Source: an uncultured Chloroflexia bacterium
GTDB lineage: Bacteria; Chloroflexota; Anaerolineae; CG2-30-64-16
Direction: 5' to 3'
DNA length: 64,000 bases
NCBI GenBank assembly: GCA_963774265.1
Contig: CAVZDU010000003.1
Span: forward strand, 224,001-288,000
Positions 53,119 to 64,000 of this stretch are shown piece after piece. Position 1 is the stretch's first letter. Each line of letters begins with the position of its first letter. The notes under the pieces are model-generated. The model saw only the letters and a program-made list of their open reading frames with translations, was not told the DNA's origin and made no database searches. The position numbers and the translations under genes are program-made.

Positions 53119-53980
53119 CTCACCCGCGACTCCTCCCCTCGGGGAAGTGGCTCGACCTTGAACGCTGCTGCGCGCTCCTGCAGCGGCACCTCGATCGCCA
53201 TCCGCTCGATGCTGGAGCCGAGCTGCACGCCGTGACAGCCGGTGTGGTCGAGCATGTACTGCCCGTCCTCCGGGTTCACCAGCGCGGCGCCGTGGGCCAG
53301 CAGGATCGCGTCGGGCTTGATCTTCAACGCGATGTCGTAGTTGGCCTGCGTGCGCGCGGCCATGTCCTCCAGCGAGCTGCTGGCGGCGTAGCCGGTCGAG
53401 CCACCGCGCGTGATGCCGGCGTGGAAGATGAAGATGTCGGGCGGCAGCCTCTTCATCAGCCGCTCCGTGTCCTCCTCGATTGAACGCGTAGCCGATGGTC
53501 AGCAGGTCCAGCTCGCGGGCGATGTTCAGCATGTCGATTTCGTGCTGGTAGCCCAGGCCGGTGCCTTCCAGCGTCCTGCGGAATTCGCCGTCGAACCAGG
53601 CCACGGTCGGGAAGTTGTGTACGCCCGAGAAGCCGACGTGCCGGATGTCTTCCAGAAACAGCCGCATGTCGCGCAGGACGTCCACGCCGTTCAGGCCGGC
53701 GACCACCGGGCGTCTCCTTGACCTGGGGCAGCACCTCGCGCTTGCCCATCTGGTAGACCATCTCGTTGGCGTCGGCCATCGGCAGCATGCCGGCCAGCGA
53801 CCCGTAGCCCTGCATGCGGAAGTAGCCGGTGTTGTAGACACCCAGGATGTCCACGCCGCCGCGTTCGATGAACTTCGCGGCGATGCCGTTGCCCGCCCCG
53901 GTCATGACGAGGGGCTTGCCACGCTTGATTTCTGCCCACAGCCGGTCGAGGAATTCCTGACGGGTGTATCGCTTTGCCAT
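53115..53980 (-). CDS. PEP-hydrolase-like TIM-barrel (TBST) protein
   Basis: GAGNGIAAK, YNTGYFRMQGYGSLAGMLP..DAN, NFPTV, GSSIER. Confidence 0.9.
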
Positions 53981-53991
53981 GGCGGCGCTCC

Positions 53992-55218
53992 CTATTCCTT
54001 TGCCTGCGCGTGGATCAGGTCGATCAGCATGTTGGCGGCCTCGATCGCAAACGCCGGATCCTCGATGTGCGTGTCGCGCTCCACGATCCGGATGTTCTTG
54101 GGCAGGCCGGCCTTCAGCTCGGCGACGAACGCCGCGTCGGCCTCGGGATCGTAGAAACCCATGCCCTTCGACGGCATAGGAGTCGTAGCCGGCGGTGGGG
54201 ATCATGAAGACGGCGTCCTGCTCGGTGTACTGCAGACGTCGTGCAACCTCCTTGCCCACCTCGGCCATCTCTTCCCGGTTCAGCCGCACGTCGGTGATCT
54301 TCGGGCTGTGGCGGATCAGGGTGCGGGTGTTGAACGGCGGCGGGACGGTCTCGGGCTCGTTGAAGACCAACACCTCGATCGCACCGGGACAGATCACCTG
54401 GGGCAGGCCCAGCTTCCCGGCCGTCGTCAGCCGCTCCGGGCCGCCGGCGAGCAGCGCGTGGTGCATCTCGTTGGAGACCTCGATGGTCGAGTAGTCCAGC
54501 ACCGCGCCGATGATCCCTTCCTTCATCATCTGCTCCATCGCCCGGCCACCGGGGCCGATGGCGTGGAAGACGATCGTCTCGAAGCCGGCTTCCTCCAGCA
54601 CCCTGATGGCCCTCATCGCGCCCTGGGTGGTGATGCCCACCGTGGTGACCGCCACCAGCGGCTTGTCCTCGCGTTCGAGCCGGACGTCCACCTGGGCCAT
54701 GCCGCAGACCGCGCCGGCCGCGTTGGCCAGGATCTTCCGCGTGACCGGGTTCAGGCCCATGATGTCGGTCACCGAGAACATCATGGTGATGTCCTTGATG
54801 TCGACCCAGGGCGCCACGTTGCCGGAGGCCATGGTGGACACCATCACCTTGGGAAAACCGTAGGGCAGGGCGCGCATGACCGCGGTGCTGAGCGTCGTGC
54901 CCTGCGTGCCGCCCACTGAGACGATGCCATGCACCTTACCCTCGGCTGCCAGCTTGGTCACGATCGCGGCCGCGCCGTCGGCCATCACCGGCGCGGCCAC
55001 CTCGCGGTCCGGGTGCTCCAGGATCTTCGCCAGCGACATGCCCCCGGCCTCGGCGACCTCCTCGCGGGTGATGTCGGCCGGGGTGGTGGCGCGCCGACCA
55101 CGCCGGTGTCTACGAGCAGGGCCGCGTCTCCGAACCTGGCGATCTGCTCGCGCAAATAGGCAGCTTCGACGCCTTTGGTGTCGAGGGTTGCCAGAACGAC
55201 GATGGTCTTGCCACTCAT
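53992..55218 (-). CDS. Tm-1-like ATP-binding domain protein (UPF0261)
   Basis: TLDTKG.E, GGTQGT, LPYGFPKVMVST, SVTDIMGLN, VFHA.G.GGRAME, HIEDPAF. Confidence 0.92.
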
Positions 55219-55312
55219 AGTGAACGCCTCCTTCAAGAGGTCAAGCGTCAGCGGTCAGGGATCAGCGTCCCGGTTCCCGGTATCTGCGCTCCTTGCTTTT
55301 CCGTCGACTCGC

Positions 55313-56665
55313 TCAAATCCCCTTGTCCGCAAACTTCGGATGGAACTGCTCGCCGGAGAAGCCCCAGCGCGTCACCGGCCGCTTGCGCAGGCCCCAGGTC
55401 TTCAGCGCGGCCATCAGTTCGGGCTTGTCCTGCGCGGCGACGTCCAGCGGGATGCCGGCCATGGCCGCGTCGATCGCCTGGCGGAACGCCATCGCGCCGG
55501 CGGTGTAGCCCATCGGATGGCCCAGCATGCCGCCGCCCGCCATGAAGATCATGTCCGGGCCGTTCTCTTCCAGCATCGGCGGCACCGCGCCGGGGTAGAT
55601 GCCCGCGCCCGGCATGGGGAAGATCGGCTTGATGTGGTAGAACGGCGCGTGCAGCGTCTGCGAGGTGCGCAGACACTCCTCCGGTGGATGCCACCGGGAT
55701 GCTCGACCAGATGCTCGGCGTGAGCATCATGTCCGCGCCGCACAGGCGGCAGATCTTGGCCAGCACCGGGAAGTTCATCGTCGGCAGCAGCGCCAGCAGG
55801 TGCGACACGTGCAGCAGGATCGGCGCAGTGATCTTCGGGTCCTCGGCCAGCACGCGCAGGATGGACGGCCCGGCCGAGTAGGCCAGCAGCAGGCCGGTCG
55901 CGCCCATCTCGCACGCCTTGCGCGCCTTCTCCTGGATGCGATCCACCTCGTCGGTGATGCTGACCATGTAGAGCGTCTTGTGGCCGGTCTCTCGCTCGGC
56001 CTTCTTGCAGCGCCTTCAGCACCGCCTCCAGCCGCGCCTCGAAGGGGCAGTTGGCCAGCTCGGTGCACATCTCGTCGTCCTTGCACAGGTCGGCGCCGCC
56101 CAGCGCGCTCTGGTAGACCTGGTTGGCGGTCTCCTCGGGCGTCATGCCCATCTTCGGCTTGATGATCTGCAGCGTCAGCGGCCGGTCGGGGACGCCCAGG
56201 ATCTTGCCGCACGCCGGGGATGCCGAACTTCGGCCCCTCGAACTTCTTCGCCAGCTTCTCGGGGATGTAGATGTCCAGCAGCCGCATCTTGGTCGGGAAG
56301 GCGAAGCAGTTGCCGGCGATCGAGAGCAGCAGCATCGGCACGTTGACGTTGACATCCCACGCCGCGGTGGGGAAGCCGAGCTGGATGATCGCCTTCTTGG
56401 TGCCCTTGGGCGCGGGGATCTCGTAGTAGCCGAGCACCTTGCTCATCAGCCGCTCGCGCACCTCCGGCGTCAGCTCCTTGACGTCCATCCAGCTCGAGGT
56501 CGAGCCTTCGGCCGCCAGCCGCTCCACCTGGCCCAGGTGATCGATGAAGTCCTGGTCTTCCAGCGTGTCCTCGATGTAGTAGGTGCCGACGATGAAGTCA
56601 TCGCTGGGGATGCAGCTTTCCCACATGTAGTTGAACATGTGCGGGTCGTAGAGATGTTTGGACAT
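55313..56665 (-). CDS. RuBisCO-like protein (form IV)
   Basis: AAEGST, IAGN, GPKFGI.G, IIKPKMG, GGADLCKDDE, ILLH, GGGMLGHP. Confidence 0.92.
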
Positions 56666-56735
56666 TGTGTCTCCTAGGGATTCCGTTGGTATTCGTACCC
56701 ATCTGATTGCAAACGCCGACCTGATACGCTGACTC

Positions 56736-57723
56736 CTACCCCAGCAACGCCTCGCGCAGCATCGCACTCGCGTCCATCGCGTCGCCGCCCGCGATCACCT
56801 GGGCGATGCGGTCGCGGCCGATCTTGTCGAGCAGGCCGTGCAGCCCCTGGATCCAGTTGATGCTTTCGGTGGCGGCGCGGATGCCGTTCTCGCGGTAGGG
56901 GAAGATGTCGAGCGCATACCAGCCGGTGTAGTTCAGCCGGTCCAGCCAGTAGAGCAGCTCCAGCATCTCGATGGTGTGCACCGAGCCGACGGTCATGTCG
57001 TCGTCCCACAGCCGCCAGTTGTCGTTGAAGTGCATGTAGAACAGCTTGTTGCCGAAGTAGTGCAGCAGCGCGGCCGACTCGGCGACGTTCTCGTAGGCCA
57101 TCAGCGCTGTGGCCGATGTCGATCATCGCGCCGACGTTGGGCTGGTTGACCTTCTCGATCAGCAACAAGCGTCTTGCCGACGGTCGCGATGAAGCAGTGG
57201 GTGCGCGGCTCCTTCGGCTTGTACTCCAGCACCAGCTTGACGTCGGGCACGTGCTCGGCGCACTCGATCGTGCCCTCGATGATGCGATCCCAGGCGGCCT
57301 GGTAGTCGGCCTGGAACGGGTAGTCGTAGCCGTCCTGCCCGAACCAGAGATCCACCACCTCGCAGTCGAGCTGCCTGGCCCATTCCATCGATTTCTTGAC
57401 TTCCTGGATCGCCGTCGCGGCGGATCTTGCGGATCGTTGGCTGCGAAGGAGCCCCAGCCCCACTTGCCCGACGCCCAGATGTCGGGCGTGACGCAGGTCA
57501 CCTCGAAGCCGGCGTCCGCCACCTGGCGGCGGATCTGCTCGACGTTGCCGTCGTTGACGTGCCACATGCCGACCACTTCCACGCCGGTGAGACCGGGCAC
57601 CTGGGTCGCGGCCGCGATGAGTTGGTCGGTCGTCAGCCGCTCGCCGTAGCCGGAAAGCACGTAGCGGTCGGCGCAGGCGTTGAAGGTGTTGATGTTGGCG
57701 GAGAAACGGAGTGGTTCGGACAT
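56736..57723 (-). CDS. Xylose-isomerase-like TIM-barrel sugar isomerase/decarboxylase
   Basis: W.GQDG.DY, EYKPKEPR, DIGH, HFNDN..WDDD, DIFPYRE. Confidence 0.9.
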
Positions 57724-57772
57724 GGAGCCTCCTGACGGATTGAAGATTGAAGATTGCAGGTTGCAGACGGTG

Positions 57773-58851
57773 TCAAATTAGCAGCCCATACGGCTCCTCG
57801 ATCAGATCGACCACGCGGTCCAGGAACTGCGCGGCCAGCGCGGCATCAAACACGCGGGGGTCGCATGATAGCGTGAGAAAGGCCGTGTGCCGCACCGTCA
57901 GGCGACCATCCACCGCGGCCGGCCGCTCTGCGATTCGTCCGATCGCGAGGACGGCAGATTGGGACGGGTTGAGGACGGCCTGGAAGCTGTCGATCCGGAA
58001 TGTGCCCAGGTCCACGAGGGCTAAGGTTACAGGTTGCGGACTGCAGGTCGTGAGCGTTTCCTGCCGTGCCTTCTCGACCAGCGCCGCCCGCTCGGACGCG
58101 ATCTGCGACAACGGCTTGCGGTCGGCATCCCGGAGGACCAGCGCGACCGGCCCTGTATCTGTGATGGTCGCGATCCCGATGTCGACCTGCGCACGCAGCC
58201 CGACGCGGCCGTCCTCCCAAAGCGCATTAGCGCGCGGATCTGGGCCAGCGCCGCGCCGCAGATGCGAACCAGCAAGTCCGTGACGGTGAGTTGGACGCCC
58301 GCGCGCTTCTCGACGACCGGCGCCAGTCTTGTGTGCAGCTTCAGTAACGCCTCCGCGACGACCTCGACGCTAACGAAGATTGAAGATTGAAGATTGAAGA
58401 TCGCGCCCCCGAAGCCCGTAGAGGCAACCATTGGGGCTGCCCCTGATTCTTGCGCTGCTGCAGCCAGCACGTCCCGCTCGATCACGCGGCCGCGTGGCCC
58501 GCTGCCCACCAGCGCTCGCCAATCCATCTCAAGCCCCCGCGCGCGCCAGCGCGCCCGTGGGGACGAGAATATCTTCCTTCTTCCTTCTTCCTTCTTCCTT
58601 TCGCCCTCTTCCTCCGCCGCATAGAGCCGCGCCAGAAGCGCACCCACCCGCGCCTTCTCGCCCGCATGCACCTCCAGCGTGCCCAGCACCCCGGATGCCT
58701 GCGCCTCCACTTCGACGGTCACTTTGTCGGTTTCAACCTCAAGGAGGGGTTGTCCTTGTACGACGAGTTCCCCCTCGGCCGCGAGCCAACGGACCACGGT
58801 TCCTTCTTCCATCGTGAGGCCCAGCCTGGGCATTGAGATGTCAGTCGGCAT
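57773..58851 (-). CDS. E2-like lipoyl/acyltransferase protein lacking the catalytic His (set 1)
   Basis: [25 protein letters not shown]-terminal LSCDPRVFD in place of DHR. Confidence 0.82.
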
Positions 58852-58861
58852 CGCTGCTCCA

Positions 58862-59849
58862 TCACCGATCCCGGTAAAGCGCAGCTTTGGCCGCCATGAT
58901 GATTTTCTCGACGTTGGGAAGCGCAGCCAACTCCAGGCGCCCGTTGTACGGCAGCGGCACGTCCTCGGCTGCCACCTGCATGATCGGCGCGTCGAGCCAG
59001 TCGAACGCCTCCCGCTGCACCCGGGCCGCCACTTCCGCGGTGAAGCCGCCGGTCAAGGCGCCCTCGTTGACCACCACCAGCCGTCCGGTCTTCTCCACCG
59101 ATCGGACGATGGCAGGCAGGTCCAGCGGCTTGAGCGTGCGCGGGTCGATCACCTCGGCGTCGATCCCCTCTGCCGCCAGCTTCTCGGCCGCTTCGAGCGC
59201 GAAGAGCACCATGCGGGAGGTGGCGACGATCGTCACGTCCTTGCCCGGCCGTTTGACGTCGGCCACGCCGATCGGGATCAGGTACTCGCTCTGCATCCGG
59301 CACCGGCCCGGTCGTGTTGTAGAGCAGCTTGTGCTCGATGAAGATCACCGGATTGTCGCTGCGAATGGCGGACTTGAGCAGCCCCTTGGCATCGTAGGGG
59401 GTGGACGGCTGGATCACGACCAGGCCGGGGATGTGGACGAACCACATCTCCAGGCTCTGTGAGTGCTGCGCGGCGTTGCCGCGGCCGCCGCCGCCCTGCG
59501 TGCGCATCACCAGCGGCACGCTCGCCTTGCCGCCGAACATATAGCGCGCCTTGGCCGCCTGGTTGACGATCTGATCCATCGCCAGCGCGCTGAAGTCGAT
59601 GTACATGATCTCGACCACCGGCCGCAGGCCGGTCATCGCCGCGCCCACCGCGATGCCGGTGAAGCCGGCTTCGGAGATGGGCGTGTCGCGCACCCGCTTC
59701 TGCCCCGAACCGTTCGTAGAGGCCGCGGGTCACCTGCAGCACGCCGCCATAGCGGCCCACATCCTCACCCAGGACGCATACTGCCGGGTCGCGGGCCATT
59801 TCCTCGTGCAGGGCTTCGTTGAGCGCATCACGGTAAGGATTTCACGCAT
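58862..59849 (-). CDS. ThDP-dependent dehydrogenase E1 beta, AcoB-like (set 1)
   Basis: [35 protein letters not shown]. Confidence 0.92.
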
Positions 59850-60878
59850 GGTGGTTCCTCGCACGCTTAGTGCTATAGCATGGCCGATGGATGCAGCTCG
59901 CTATTCGTTGAATCTTCGCATACACATCTTCCCAAGGCCGATCTCCGGCTCGGGACTCGCCTTGCCGAAGGCGATGGCGTCGTCGATGTCGGCGCGGGCC
60001 TGCAGGCGCAGCGCTTCCAGATCCGCCTCGGCGAAGCCGAACTCGCGCGATCAGCCGTCGCCCGAACCGGCTGATCGGGTCGCGCTCGGCTGATTTCCAC
60101 AGCGCGGTCTCTTCCTTCGGCACGGTAGCGAGAGCGGATCGCCGACCGTGTGGCCCTCGATCCGGTACGTCTGCGCGACCAGGAAGGTCGGGACCGCCGC
60201 CGGTGCGGGCCTGTGCGACAGCCTGGCGCGTCGCTTCGTAGACCGCCAGCACGTCGTTGCCGTCCACGGTCACTGCGGGCATGCCGAACGCCTGCGCCTT
60301 CAGCTCCAGCCGCTCGACCGCGATGAACGGCCGGCTCGGGCTGAACTCGGCGTACTGGTTCTCCTCGCACAGGTAGATGATCGGCAGCTTCCAGAGGGCC
60401 GGCCATGTTGCCGGCTTCCATCAGGATCCCCTGGTTGCTGGCGCCGTCGCCGAAGAAGCAGACGCCACCTGGCCGGAGCCGCGCAGGTCGGCCGAGTAGG
60501 CCGCGCCGGTGGCGAGGGCGATCCCGCCGCCGACGATGCCGTTGGCGCCGAGGATCCCCAGGTCGAAGTCGGCGATGTGCATCGAGCCGCCCTTGCCCTT
60601 GCAGTAGCCGGTGGCCCGCCCCAGCAACTCGGCCATCATCCGCCGCGGGTCGCCGCCCTTGGCCAGGCAATGGCCGTGGCCGCGGTGCGTGCTGGTGATG
60701 TAGTCATCCCGGTTGAGCGCCGCGCACGCGCCGACCGCCACCGCTTCCTGCCCGGTGTAGGTGTGCGTGGTGCCGCGCAGCATGTTCGCCATGAACAGCG
60801 CCCGCGCGCCTTCATCAAAGTAGCGGATCAGCCACATGCGGTGGTACATGTCGGAGAGTTGGTCGCGACAAGATCCAT
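59842..60878 (-). CDS. ThDP-dependent dehydrogenase E1 alpha, AcoA-like (set 1)
   Basis: GQEAVA, THRGHGH, GKGGSMH, GANGIVG, GDGASNQG, TYRIEGH. Confidence 0.92.
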
Positions 60879-60947
60879 GAGGTCTCCGGAAAGTGGCGGA
60901 GCTGAGTGCGGATGCGTAGTCGGCGGCATGCACCTACGTCCGCAGTA

Positions 60948-61687
60948 CTATCTCAAGTACAAGCCCACCGTTCACGTCCAGCGTCGCGCCGGTGATGAAG
61001 GCTGCGTCGTCGCTGGCCAGGAAGCAGACGGCGGCGGCGATCTCGTCCGGCTCGCCGAAGCGGCCCAGCGGGATCTGCGCCCTGCACCCGGGCCTGCATC
61101 TCGTCCGACCACGCGGCGGTCAGGTCGGTCGAGGTCGTCGCCGGCGACACGCAGTTGACGGTCACCCCGTCCGGCGCCAGCAGCTTTCGCCAGCGTCTTG
61201 GTCAGGCCGATCAGCCCGGCTTTGGACGCGGCGTAGTGCGCGCCCACCAGCAGGCCGCCCATCTGCCCGCCCACTGAGGCGATGTTGACGATCCGCCCGC
61301 GTCGGCCGGCCTGCCGCAGGTGGGGCAGCGCTCGCCTGGCAGCACAGGAACGCGCCCTTGAGGTTCACCGCCAGCACGCGATCCCACTCGGCCTCGCTGA
61401 TCTCGGCGAAGGCTGAGAGCGGGCAGATGCCGGCGTTGTTGACCAGGATGTCGAGCCCGCCGAAGGCCGCGACGGTCGCCTCGACCGCGCGGCGCACCTC
61501 GTCCGGCCGGCTCACATCGGCCCGAAGCGCGATGGAGCTGACAGGTCTATCAATGCCTGCCAGGGTCTGTGACGTCCAGCAGCGCGACTTCTGCCCCACG
61601 CTCGGCCAATGCGATCGCGATCGCCAGCCCGATCCCGCGCGCCGCGCCGGTGACGAGGGCGGTGCGACCGTCCAGATCATTCATCAT
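60948..61687 (-). CDS. Classical SDR oxidoreductase (FabG-like)
   Basis: [30 protein letters not shown]. Confidence 0.9.
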
Positions 61688-61688
61688 G

Positions 61689-63543
61689 TCACCCTCGCGT
61701 CCCCGTATCACCGCTGTCACGCTTCGTCAGCACCCGCTTCACCGCTGCGACGATATCCGCACGGCCATGCCGTACATCGGGAACAGCTCGGCCGGGTCAC
61801 CCGAGCGGCAGAACGTGTCGGGGATGCCGACGCGCGCCATGGGCACGAGGGTGTGCTCGACCAGGTACTCGGCCACCGCGCCGCCCAGCCCGCCGATGAT
61901 ACTGTGATCCTCGACGGTGACGATCGCGCCGGTCTCCTCGGCCGCGGCCTGGACCGCGTCGCCGTCCAGCGGCTTGACCGTGTGCATGTCGAGCACGCGC
62001 GTCTGGATGCCGTCGCGCGCCAGCTCGTCCGCCGCGTCCAGCGCCAGCGACACCATCACGCCCATCGCGATGATCGTCACGTCGCCACCTTCACGCACCG
62101 TGAACGCCTGGCCCAGGGTGAACTGCTGGGCCGGGTCGTAGATCACCGGCACCGGGTTGCGGCCCATGCGGAAGTAGGCCGGCCCGTCGAGCGCGACGAT
62201 CTGCCGGAGCAGCGCCGGAACCGCGATCGCGTCCGCGGGAACGACCACCGTCATGTTCGGCATCGCGCGCATGATCGCCACGTCCTCGGTGCCCTGGTGC
62301 GTCGGGACCGTCCCAGCCCACCTCCAGCCCACCGTGCGAGCAGATCACCTTGACGTTCAACCGGCCATAGCAGATGAAGCTGCGAATCTGCTCGCAGCCG
62401 CGCAGGGTCGCAAAGGTCGCATAGGTGCAGGCCAGCGGGATCAACCCCGCCGTCGCCAGCCCGGCCGCGCCGAGCAGCATGTCCTGCTCGGCCACGCCGT
62501 AGTTGATGTGACGGTCGGGGATATGCCTGCCGGAATGCACCGGTCTTCAGCGAGCTCGAGATGTCGGCGTCCAGCACGACCAGGTTGGGGATCTCGTTCG
62601 CCCAGGTCGACCAGCTCGGCGCCGAAAGCGTCGCGCAGCGTCCGTCTCGGGCGCGGCGAGCCGGAAAACTGGCGACCAGGGCGGTGCGAGCAAGTTCAAG
62701 CGATTTCTCCCCTGGCTCCTCCCCCAACTCGGCCAGTGCAGCGATGGCCTGCTCGCGGTTCGGCGCCTTGCCGTGCCACTCGTGGCGGTCCAGCATGAAC
62801 GACACACCCTTGCCCTTGGTCGTGTGGCAATGATCGCCGCGGGAGTATCGGTCACACCCCTGGCCCAATCCAGCGCGTCGAGGATCTGGCTGATGTCGTG
62901 GCCGTCGATCTCCAGCACGCTCCACCGACACGCCCGCAGTTTGTCGGGCAGGGGGTCGAGCGAGAGGATGTCGTCCGACTTGCCGTCCACCTGCGAGCGG
63001 TTGTAGTCGACCAGGGCACACAGGTTGCTCAGCTTGTGGTGCCCGGCCAGCAGAAGCGCCTCCCAGGTCGCGCCCTCCTGCAAATCCCCTTCACCGAGCA
63101 TGACATACGTGCGGTAGGCCCGGCCGGTAATGAGCGGCTCCCATCGCCATGCCGGCTCCCGCAGCCAGTCCGCTGCCCAACGGTCCTGCGGTCATGTCCA
63201 CACCGGGGGTTTTGCGCATGTCGGGATGGCCCTGCAGGTGGCTGTGCGCCTGCCGCAGCCCCCACAGGTCGTCCACGGGGAAATAACCGCGCTCGGCCAA
63301 CGCCGCGTACCAGATGGGGCACGCGTGGCCCTTTGACATGATGAAGCGGTCGCGGTCGGGCCAGTCCGGTCGCGCCGGGTCGACCCGCAGCTCGCGGAAG
63401 TAAAGCGCCGCCATCATGTCAGCTGCGGACAGCGAGCCGCCCGGATGTCCCGAGCCGGCGTAGTATGTCATCTTGATGACATGGCGGCGGAGGCGGGCTG
63501 CGATGGCACCTAGTTCTTCGGGGAGCGTCTGGTCGGGAGGCAT
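61689..63543 (-). CDS. Transketolase; N- and C-terminal halves apparently fused (frameshifted)
   Basis: SGHPGGSLS, DRFIMSKGH, LQGHP, GEGDLQEG, KGKG..WHG, GVAEQ, DG.THQ, EDHS..GGLG. Confidence 0.88.
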
Positions 63544-63550
63544 GGCGTCC

Positions 63551-63922
63551 CTATTTCCGCCCCGGATCATAAGCGCCCGGCGTGACCGGCGGCGAGAAGA
63601 GCGTGACCAGCTTCAACGGCGCCGCTGCATCGACGCGAATCTGGTGGGGCAGTCCTGGTGGGATGAACACGGCCACACCCGGCTCGAGGGGAGTTTCCTG
63701 CTCGTCCTCGATGATGCCGCCCGTGCCCTCCAGGATGTAGATGATCTCCTCCTCGGCCGCGTGTACGTGGGCCGCGGCCAGGGTGCCGGCGGGGAACTCC
63801 GCCAGGCCAAAGGCCAGGTTACGGGCTGGGCTGTTCAGCGGGCCTAGCAGATAGTACCAGTCCCGGCCCGGCAGATGGTAGATGGGGCAGCTGTGGGCGT
63901 TAGCAGTCTGAAGGTGCGGCAT
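63551..63922 (-). CDS. Cupin domain protein
   Basis: HVH..EEIIYILEG, IPPGLPH. Confidence 0.88.
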   Translation of the reverse strand: MPHLQTANAHSCPIYHLPGRDWYYLLGPLNSPARNLAFGLAEFPAGTLAAAHVHAAEEEIIYILEGTGGIIEDEQETPLEPGVAVFIPPGLPHQIRVDAAAPLKLVTLFSPPVTPGAYDPGRK

Positions 63923-63936
63923 CTTTCTCTCCCGTT

Positions 63937-64000
63937 CTACGCGATCAACCTATCGGGGTGCTGCCGGAGCAAGGCCGGATCGTGCGGTGGAACCAGGATG
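63937..64000 (-). CDS. 3' end of an upstream gene, possibly a metallo-beta-lactamase/lactonase fold
   Basis: ILVPPHDPALLRQHPDRLIA* resembles the terminal P.HD motif. Confidence 0.35.
   Translation of the reverse strand, partial: ILVPPHDPALLRQHPDRLIA

Noticed and set aside
55313-56665. CO2-fixing RuBisCO / Calvin cycle (with transketolase and aldolase nearby)
   Set aside because: Apparently lacks K334, R295 and H327 equivalents; no phosphoribulokinase or small subunit in the window
6950-63200. Dozens of frameshifts suggesting mass pseudogenisation or programmed frameshifting
   Set aside because: They are single-base indels with motifs intact on both sides, I saw no accompanying nonsense decay, and they come in patches (0-6.9 kb and most of 23-41 kb are clean). 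This is the pattern of low-coverage long-read error.
535-63847. Many long antisense or alternate-frame ORFs in the track
   Set aside because: They are shadows of real genes caused by high GC3; Arg/Ala/Pro-rich with no motifs

Overview
GC-rich bacterial chromosomal window, probably Chloroflexota (Anaerolineae/Caldilineae-like). This is inferred from a GT39 protein with C-terminal Ig-like domains, an SH3-TolB protein, PT-repeat surface proteins and a C-terminal FLPIILR sorting-like motif. Many genes in about 6.9-23 kb and 41.7-63.2 kb carry scattered 1-nt frameshifts. I treat these as long-read assembly errors and rebuilt the genes by hand, so those boundaries are approximate. Main blocks: (1) 1.8-13.4 kb, a DRTGG/CBS-anti-sigma/PHP/HATPase regulatory cassette joined to a selenocysteine formate dehydrogenase complex (NuoE, thioredoxin-like 2Fe-2S, ferritin-like protein, NuoF-GltD fusion, FdhF with UGA plus SECIS, FocA). 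(2) 16.2-21.4 kb, a three-gene xanthine-oxidase-family molybdoenzyme whose FAD subunit has a whole GltD/NfnB-like module nested inside its Fe-S loop. (3) 21.6-23.8 kb, a mosaic of gene remnants and TPR/SEC-C genes. (4) Citrate synthase, Ntn acylase, non-pyrrolysine MttB, phosphodiesterase, a TetR-ABC efflux system and surface proteins. (5) 40.9-64 kb, a minus-strand catabolic super-cluster: cupin, transketolase, SDR, two E1a/E1b/E2 sets, xylose-isomerase-like enzyme, RuBisCO-like protein, Tm-1-like plus PEP-hydrolase-like pair, formyltransferase, class II aldolase, rhaB/rhaA, a steroid 5-alpha-reductase/SDR pair and two class II aldolase/adducin genes. There are also two unusual tandem arrays and REP-like inserts inside coding linkers. 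No rRNA, tRNA, CRISPR array or transposase was seen.
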